A DNA stretch of 64,000 nucleotides, taken from assembly GCA_016929435.1 (NCBI GenBank), contig JAFGIV010000005.1, forward strand, positions 23,596 through 87,595, in the 5' to 3' direction. Each line of letters starts with the position of its first letter. The stretch's first letter is position 1. The notes under the pieces were generated by a model that was not told where the DNA came from, made no database searches, and saw only the letters and a list, made by a program, of their open reading frames with translations. The translations under genes were made by a program, and so were the position numbers. Positions 57,668-64,000 of the stretch are shown here, in pieces. Origin of the DNA: Candidatus Uhrbacteria bacterium (lineage in GTDB: Bacteria > Patescibacteriota > Patescibacteriia > SG8-24).

Positions 57668-58045
57668 ATGAACAAGTTACTAACCAAGAAGATCGCCGTC
57701 GGTGCGGCCATGGCAGCCGCCATGTTGCCGATCGTGGCCATGGCCCAGGGGCCGGATCTCGGCCTGGAATACGCCACGGCCACCGGGTTGACCTCCACTG
57801 ACGTCCGTACCACGATCTCCATGCTGATCAATGCCTTCATGGGGCTTTTGGGCATCGTGGCGGTGTGTCTAATCCTTTTCGGCGGTTTCAAGTGGATGAT
57901 GGCGGCCGGCAACACGGAAAGGGTGGAAGAGGCCAAGAAACTGATGATTTCCGGCGTCATCGGCCTGATCATCATCATGACCTCCTACTCCATTGCCCAG
58001 TTCGTCATCGGTGCCATCCAGAAGGGAACCTCGGGTGAGATATAG
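57668..58045 (+). CDS. TrbC/VirB2-like pilin 4
   Basis: IN.FMGLLGIVAV.LIL.GGFKWM.AAGN.ERV.EAKK....GVIGL. Confidence 0.85.
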   Translation: MNKLLTKKIAVGAAMAAAMLPIVAMAQGPDLGLEYATATGLTSTDVRTTISMLINAFMGLLGIVAVCLILFGGFKWMMAAGNTERVEEAKKLMISGVIGLIIIMTSYSIAQFVIGAIQKGTSGEI

Positions 58046-58135
58046 GAAACTGGATAGCAAAGCTTTGCCCCGAATCCTTCCGGATCGGGGAGTGTTGCCT
58101 CCGGCACCGCTCCCCGGTCCGGAAAAAGACCGCCT

Positions 58136-58558
58136 ATGGAAGGGAAAACAGTAAGGAATTTCATCGTTTGCCTGTCGTTCGCCTTCGTGGCGGCGGCTTT
58201 CGGTACCTTCGGTCCGCTGGCTTCCGCCCCGGCCCTGGCCTTGGATACGGGTTTGGAGAGCACGGCCCTGCATGCCGGACTTTCCGAGGGTGATGACGGT
58301 TCCAATGCCGACGTTGCCATAATCGCCGGGCGGGTGATCAACGCCCTTTTGGGGCTGGTTGGGGTGGTTTTCCTGGTCCTGGTGATATTCGCCGGATACA
58401 AGTGGATGATGGCCCGCGGCAACGCCAAGGAAACGGAGGACGCCAAGAACATGCTTGTTCAGGCCGTGATCGGACTGCTCATCATCTTCGCCGCCTATGT
58501 CCTGGTGGATTACCTCCTGGGATTGGCCATCTTTGAGGTGGTGGGGGTGGACCTGTAG
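58136..58558 (+). CDS. TrbC/VirB2-like pilin 5
   Basis: INALLGLVGVVFLVLVIFAGYKWMMARGN....DAK....AVIGL. Confidence 0.85.
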   Translation: MEGKTVRNFIVCLSFAFVAAAFGTFGPLASAPALALDTGLESTALHAGLSEGDDGSNADVAIIAGRVINALLGLVGVVFLVLVIFAGYKWMMARGNAKETEDAKNMLVQAVIGLLIIFAAYVLVDYLLGLAIFEVVGVDL

Positions 58559-58639
58559 TCCTTGCGTTTTTCTCGGATAAGGCCGCATAATAAGGATAAT
58601 TAGACCTAAATCTAAAACCGTTTTAACTAAGCCGTAATT

Positions 58640-59092
58640 ATGAAAAGACTAACCAAGAATCTGGCGGCGTTCGGCCTGACAGTGGCCCTCTGCCTGCCGT
58701 TGGCCGCCATGGCCGTTTCCCCGGTCAGCGGCGATGCCGGCGGGAATGCGGTCAGGTTGGCCCAACAGGGGGATCTGGGGGACATCACCTCCAATTTCGA
58801 GAAGGTCGGCACCAGTTCCGGCCTGTCCGGTTCCGCATCACGGGACCTGCCCACCATCATCGGGGCGATCATCAACGCCTTCCTGGGGCTCTTGGGCATC
58901 GTGCTGGTGGTCATCATCATCTTCGCCGGCTACAAGTGGATGATGGCCCGCGGAAACACCAAGGATGTTGACGATGCCAAGACCATGATCCTCAATGCGG
59001 TCATCGGCATGGTGATCCTGATGGCGGCCTATGCCATTGCCCAGTTCGTCCTGAAGGCCGTGGCCAAGGGCACGACCGGCACTGATTTCTAG
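58640..59092 (+). CDS. TrbC/VirB2-like pilin 6
   Basis: INAFLGLLGIVLVVIIIFAGYKWMMARGN....DAK..I.NAVIG. Confidence 0.85.
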   Translation: MKRLTKNLAAFGLTVALCLPLAAMAVSPVSGDAGGNAVRLAQQGDLGDITSNFEKVGTSSGLSGSASRDLPTIIGAIINAFLGLLGIVLVVIIIFAGYKWMMARGNTKDVDDAKTMILNAVIGMVILMAAYAIAQFVLKAVAKGTTGTDF

Positions 59093-59108
59093 AACCGCCC
59101 GAATCAAC

Positions 59109-59150
59109 AAAAAACCCCTCCGGAAAGCTCCGGAGGGGTTTTGCTTTTTT
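59109..59150. terminator. Bidirectional intrinsic terminator
   Basis: AAAACCCCTCCGGA-AAGC-TCCGGAGGGGTTTT between convergent genes. Confidence 0.8.
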
Positions 59151-59169
59151 GGCTTTCTGTCAGACCTTT

Positions 59170-59871
59170 TCAGTGTACCTGGTGGCGTCGAATGAGACGC
59201 CAGTCAAGCCACTCGTGATAGCCCAATTGGGCTTCTCCGGTTTTTATCTCAAAAGAGAACCTTAACATCTCCACGGGGACCGGTTCCCGGACCGTATAGG
59301 CCACGCCGGCCACGACATGCCGGCCCGGTTTGTTGAGGCAAAGGTGGATTACGGATTTTGGGGGCATATAGGGCAATGCGCCCTGTCCGCCCCGGACCTC
59401 AACCGGTTCCCCGTCCAGCATCAGCCGGACGGAGAAATTGGTTGGATTGTGTATCCTCATGTGCAACGGCGTGTTTTGGCACGCCGTTGGTTCACTGTTG
59501 AGCCAGGACATGTTTTGGGGAGGGTTGGGCATGTCATGCCCGTCCCTTGCCTGATTTCGGTCGATCCGTCCGGATCCGGATCCGTATCCGCCGTAGCCGT
59601 AGAAACCGGCTTCGTCGCCCATTCCGTAATGGCCGTAGCCGCGGTCCCCGGGGCAGATTACCCCGGTGTCCCCGTTTTCCCGGGCAGCCCAACATCGGCG
59701 CAGGGATTCTTGTTTTATTTGCGTCTCTCCGATCGTGTAGGCCATACCCTCTGGATTGTGGGCATGGCCGTGGATTTCCGAATCCCCAACCCGAGATTCG
59801 AACCGGGCGTGGCCGCCGCCGCAGCCGATGGCTATGGCCATGACGGCCCAGATCACGGTTGTTCTTTTCAT
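59170..59871 (-). CDS. Hypothetical lipoprotein
   Basis: AAGGAG RBS, lipobox-like AIGC and a Gly/Tyr-rich linker. An upstream TTGACA-17-TAATCT promoter lies on the minus strand. Confidence 0.65.
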   Translation of the reverse strand: MKRTTVIWAVMAIAIGCGGGHARFESRVGDSEIHGHAHNPEGMAYTIGETQIKQESLRRCWAARENGDTGVICPGDRGYGHYGMGDEAGFYGYGGYGSGSGRIDRNQARDGHDMPNPPQNMSWLNSEPTACQNTPLHMRIHNPTNFSVRLMLDGEPVEVRGGQGALPYMPPKSVIHLCLNKPGRHVVAGVAYTVREPVPVEMLRFSFEIKTGEAQLGYHEWLDWRLIRRHQVH

Positions 59872-60283
59872 TTCTTATCTCTCCTTTTTTGTTGAGAATG
59901 TCCTTAGGCCGAAGATTAGCAAAATTTTTAGGTGGTGTCAACGGTGGCCTTTCTTGTTTCATTTTTGCGGACCGGGCGTCCGTTGGCGACCCCCGTTGGC
60001 CCGCATCAGCTGTCTGATGTCCCTTCGGCCCGACCCCCCTTGCCCCGCACCGGCGGACCGACCCGCCTTCGGCCCCCTCTCCCTTTGGGAGACTGCCGTA
60101 AAGGGGGCCGGACCGACGCATCCGGTCGGGGAATCATTGGGGGAAATATAAAAAATATCCTCCACTTAAGCCCCTGAAGCGTAAGTCTCCCGCGGGGAGG
60201 GGGTTTGGGGGGCAGGACTGGATAAAAAATCACCCCCGTTTTTAGCGGGGGTGAGAGAGAAAGAGCTTTTTGAGACGTGTCAG

Positions 60284-61822
60284 TCAGAATGCCGAGATTA
60301 CCTGAGACGGTATCTCGGCAAGGTTGTTAAGAAGGTGAGGGAAGCTCCCGTGTCGGAGCTTCTTTGGCCGGTCCACCGTTTGGGCGGCGGACGGTTGTCG
60401 TCGGATGGGGGGTGGGGGAGAGAAGGCAACCCCGGCGGCCGTTGTTTCAGGTATGGCCGGAACGGTCATGTCGGCCTGTTCGGTTGCCGCTTTGGTTGTT
60501 GCCGTTTCGGTCTTGTTGGGCCAGAACTGTATAGACAAGGCCACGATCGCGGCCATGGCCGCAATCGTGATGGCGGCCTTGGGCTGCCTGATGATCAGGA
60601 AGACCATCAGGGCGATTCCGCCCACGATAGAGATGATCACCCACCCGGATGGCCCTTTGCCGTTATCCGGGGTAGATATTCCGGCCTGTTGGCGGATAAA
60701 GGTTCCGGCTTTGGCTGCCGGAATTTTTCTCTCAACCAACTCCGCATAGCGGGTCTTGTACTGTTCGCACGGCCCGGCGAACTGGCCGCCGCAATCTACT
60801 ACAACCGCATTCTCGATGGCCGTTTTTTCGGCCACGAGAGCCAATTCCAACCGCTCGTTGACGGCACTTTCCGCAGCCGTCTCCATTCCGAAATCCAGGT
60901 GATTTCGGATTCCGCGGAAGGCACCGGGAAACGCCAGGGACAGCAGGGCGACGGCCGCCCCGACCATCGCCACATTCACGGCCATCTTTTTCATTAGGTC
61001 GGTTTTCGACCAGCCTGCTGAATAGGCCGCTGCCAGGAGCATGATGCAGGTGGCGACGGCTCCCAAAGCCGACAGGCTCCGGTATAGAGGAACCACTTGG
61101 GCGATCAGGCCGAGCAGGGCGGCCCAGGCGCAGTATCCGGACAGCCACCTGAAGAGACTGTCCGTTTTGGTTATCGGGATTTCCGGGATTTTTCCGGAAA
61201 TTGCGTGACTGGCAACGGAAGCCAGCCTGGTGGCCTCGATGCCGAGCATGGCCCGGAACCGGAACAGCGCCGTGAACCCCAAGGCCCCTATTACCGTTGC
61301 CACGGCTATGAGCCCCTGGCCCACCTCTTCCTGGTCAGCCGATAGGTTTTTCGACATGGCGACGGCGATCCCGATAAGGGAAAGCATGAGGATCAGCCTA
61401 GCGCCGATTTTTGACTCAACCAAGGATATCTCATACGTGATGTCCTTGGTTTTCTGGTCGGCGTCGTTTCTGGATCCGCCATTTTTGGTGTTCTTGGTTT
61501 TCCCGGCTTTTTTCAGCCTTTTTCTTAGGCATAGACACGCCCAGATTTTGGGCGCGGCAAATATTAGGGTTACCAGAGCCAAGATTATTGTGACCTTGGT
61601 TCCCGCCATCATACCGAACCGTCCGGTGGCGATTCCGATGGCAAACGTGATTAGGGTCATTATGACGGTTAACTTCACCAGCATCAGGCTGGCCTTGATA
61701 AACCGTTCGGCCGTTTCAGCTACACCCATTGCCTTGTCGGCGACGGAATACCGGATCAGTCTCCCGAACTCCGTCCCGAAGGCGGCGATGCCGCCCACCA
61801 ACATCAGAATTACTTCTTTCAT
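60284..61822 (-). CDS. Hypothetical polytopic membrane protein
   Basis: 512 aa with many hydrophobic segments and a GGAG RBS. Confidence 0.65.
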   Translation of the reverse strand: MKEVILMLVGGIAAFGTEFGRLIRYSVADKAMGVAETAERFIKASLMLVKLTVIMTLITFAIGIATGRFGMMAGTKVTIILALVTLIFAAPKIWACLCLRKRLKKAGKTKNTKNGGSRNDADQKTKDITYEISLVESKIGARLILMLSLIGIAVAMSKNLSADQEEVGQGLIAVATVIGALGFTALFRFRAMLGIEATRLASVASHAISGKIPEIPITKTDSLFRWLSGYCAWAALLGLIAQVVPLYRSLSALGAVATCIMLLAAAYSAGWSKTDLMKKMAVNVAMVGAAVALLSLAFPGAFRGIRNHLDFGMETAAESAVNERLELALVAEKTAIENAVVVDCGGQFAGPCEQYKTRYAELVERKIPAAKAGTFIRQQAGISTPDNGKGPSGWVIISIVGGIALMVFLIIRQPKAAITIAAMAAIVALSIQFWPNKTETATTKAATEQADMTVPAIPETTAAGVAFSPPPPIRRQPSAAQTVDRPKKLRHGSFPHLLNNLAEIPSQVISAF

Positions 61823-61846
61823 TTTTTTACTCCGTATTTTTTCAGA

Positions 61847-62704
61847 TCAGAGGCCGAACATGTCCAACGGGCCGACCGGTTTCTTTTTATTCTTCCGGTC
61901 GTTAAATTTTCGTTCGGCCTCATCGGCCTCCTCTCGGTATTTCTCATCCCATTTCTTGAAATGGGATGAGATGGTGGCCTCGCCCTCTTTGGCCGGTTCC
62001 GACACCCTTTTCAGGAACCGGGCGATCGTTCCGCCCAGTCCCCGTTCCTTTTTCGAGGTCACCAGCTTGTCCAAGTGCCTCAGCCGTTTTTTCTCGTCGA
62101 TTGACATGAGGCCGACAAGCTCAAGGACAGAAGATATCGCCCACATCTGCTCTGCGAGCTCGTCATATTCTGTTTCGGAGAGATGGTCTACCCACTCTTT
62201 CATGTCCTCAAAGACATCAGGGCGGTTCTGTTTGAGCCACCCAAGAATCTCGGCGAAGGACATGTCGGCCAGGCCGTCCCTGTAGTTGTTCGACTGTTTC
62301 TCGAAATCGTTGAGGGCCTTTTCGGCCGCTGATTTTGTTGCTTTCGATACCGTTTCTTTTTCGGCGTCTGACATCTGGGAAGGTTTTTTCTTCAACAGCG
62401 CCTCTCCGATCTTGTTGCTTAATTCTCTGGCGAATAGCTCCGCCAACTTTGAGAACCAACCGTCGGATTTTATGCTGTTTAGGGCCACAATTATGGCGTT
62501 TGGCCCGAATTTTCCGACCAGACAGACCATTTCTTTCGGCAGGTTCTCGCGAACCCATCGAAATATTCCGGCCTTTTCGATTTTAGCCACCCATTTGGTG
62601 ACCAGTTGGTCTACTTGCGGCTCGATCACGGCGTGCTGATCGGCGTTTCCGATCAACTTATCCATAAGGCTGGATACCGACCATTCTTTATTGTCGCTAC
62701 TCAT
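61847..62704 (-). CDS. Hypothetical helical charged protein
   Basis: Start reassigned to the ATG at 62704 (GAAGGAG RBS). Appears operonic with 60284-61822. Confidence 0.65.
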   Translation of the reverse strand: MSSDNKEWSVSSLMDKLIGNADQHAVIEPQVDQLVTKWVAKIEKAGIFRWVRENLPKEMVCLVGKFGPNAIIVALNSIKSDGWFSKLAELFARELSNKIGEALLKKKPSQMSDAEKETVSKATKSAAEKALNDFEKQSNNYRDGLADMSFAEILGWLKQNRPDVFEDMKEWVDHLSETEYDELAEQMWAISSVLELVGLMSIDEKKRLRHLDKLVTSKKERGLGGTIARFLKRVSEPAKEGEATISSHFKKWDEKYREEADEAERKFNDRKNKKKPVGPLDMFGL

Positions 62705-62846
62705 GTCTACTCCTTCTTTCTGACCCGGTTGGACCGGGTGTTTTTTACGGTTCAGGTTCTGTTGCGGAGAGTCCCCACAACATCGCACCTTACAGTATTT
62801 TGGCGATTTTGTCAACAGTTTTGGGCAAAGAGTGTAGAATGTAAGC

Positions 62847-64000
62847 ATGATTGCCGTCTTGACCAAAAAAACTCTGTCTTGGGCAGGAAAGGCCGGTTCG
62901 TCCGTCTTGGCCCGTCCCCGGACCGCCCTGCTGATCTTGATCGGGATGCATGCCGTTTTTTGGAGTGCGGTTTGCCTATGGAAATACGGTTTTTTCCTGT
63001 ATAACGGTTTTGATCTGGCCTATTTCGGCCAGGTTTTCTGGAACTCCCTGCATGGGGACCTTTTCGCCCAGACCCTCCATCCGCACCTGTCCTTGGGTGA
63101 CCATGCCGAGTTGGCAATTCCCCTCCTCCTTCCGCTTTACGCCGTTTGGGCCGATCCCCGGATGCTGCTCATCCTGCAGCAGGCGGCCTTGGCAGGGGCG
63201 GCCTGGCCGATTTACCTTCTGGCCGTCCGGCGGTTCTCGGCTTCCGGCGCGACTGGCAAGTGGCTCAAGGCCGGCCCCCTGATTTTGGCGGCCTCTTGGC
63301 TTCTATGCCCGTCGGTGCAGAATTTGGGGCTGTTCGAGTTCCATATCCTGCCGTTTGCCCTCCTGCCGCTGTTTTTCTTACTTCTGGAATACGACCGGGG
63401 CCGGCTGAAGCCGTTCCTGTTCTGGACGGTCCTGGCCCTGCTGGTCCGGGAGGACGTGGCTTTGGCGGTTTTCGCTGTCGGGATCCTGGCTTGGATCGAG
63501 GGGAAGCCGAAAATATGGCGCTGGCTGCCGGTCGTTCTGGCCGCCGCCTGGTTTGCCCTGTCCATGCTCGTCATCTCCCGTTTCTCCCTGGGCGGCGGAT
63601 ACAAGTTCATGGTCTATTATTCCTGGCTCGGGGAAACGCCGTGGCAGGCGGCTTGGGGGATCGTTCGCCATCCGGTCGCGGTCCTTCGCCATGTCCTGAC
63701 GGTCTTCAATTTCGAGATGGTCTTGGGGTTCCTGATGCCGATGGCTTTCCTGCCGCTTTTGGCCCCGCGGTTCCTGGTTTTGGCGATCCTGCCCCTGCTC
63801 CAGATAATCCTGGGGGCTCCGGGCGGCGGGGCCCTGGTGGTCAATACGCACTATGCCACCCTGTTTCTTCCGGCGGTATTTTTCGGGGCCGCTGTCGGCC
63901 TGGTCCGGTTGCCGGGCCTTTTGTCCAGGTTGGCGATATTCGGCTCTGGTCAGGTGAATTCCGTGTCCGGCGGCCTCCTGGCCCTGACCGTCACCTATTC
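62847..64000 (+). CDS. DUF2079-family membrane protein (GT-C-like), 3'-truncated; not in the ORF track
   Basis: Manual translation shows FDLAYFGQVFWNSLHG...LGDH...LLILQ...FEFH...VRED. The frame runs off the window end. Confidence 0.8.
   Translation, partial: MIAVLTKKTLSWAGKAGSSVLARPRTALLILIGMHAVFWSAVCLWKYGFFLYNGFDLAYFGQVFWNSLHGDLFAQTLHPHLSLGDHAELAIPLLLPLYAVWADPRMLLILQQAALAGAAWPIYLLAVRRFSASGATGKWLKAGPLILAASWLLCPSVQNLGLFEFHILPFALLPLFFLLLEYDRGRLKPFLFWTVLALLVREDVALAVFAVGILAWIEGKPKIWRWLPVVLAAAWFALSMLVISRFSLGGGYKFMVYYSWLGETPWQAAWGIVRHPVAVLRHVLTVFNFEMVLGFLMPMAFLPLLAPRFLVLAILPLLQIILGAPGGGALVVNTHYATLFLPAVFFGAAVGLVRLPGLLSRLAIFGSGQVNSVSGGLLALTVTY

Noticed and set aside
1-64000. CRISPR array, cas genes, rRNA, transposase, reverse transcriptase or DGR template repeat
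   Set aside because: None was seen by inspection of the ORF track and intergenic regions
1-64000. Alternative genetic code (UGA reassigned, as in Gracilibacteria)
   Set aside because: Conserved genes are intact under table 11, and several (hppA, tig, comM) end at TGA at the expected length

Overview
GC-rich bacterial chromosome segment, translation table 11, that spans the replication origin (yidD-rnpA-rpmH / dnaA-dnaN). Gene content points to Patescibacteria (CPR): a tandem VirB2/TrbC-like pilin array, orphan solute-binding lipoproteins, a surface protein with YAWGEN repeats, a membrane H+-PPase and DUF2079. This assignment is an inference. About 1-40 kb is mostly housekeeping (xer, rpsO, pnp, lspA, comM, hppA, tig, nfo, PBP1A, rpsT, holA, polA, cell-wall hydrolases, flippase, O-antigen-ligase family). 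About 38-64 kb is accessory and surface-related. Three canonical tRNAs are present (Arg-UCU, Cys-GCA, Ser-CGA). The main leads are: (1) two unrelated genes whose 3' ends look like diversity-generating retroelement (DGR) variable regions, with no RT, Avd or template repeat visible in the window; (2) a stand-alone 90-nt non-canonical tRNA-like gene with its own promoter and terminator; (3) a ~345-nt highly structured non-coding transcription unit behind a DnaA-box cluster; (4) a duplicated ~110-nt structured motif bracketing tRNA-Ser and the DGR-target/surface-protein block; (5) a GluR0-like channel with a non-canonical filter and no signal peptide. All calls were made by eye and no database searches were run.
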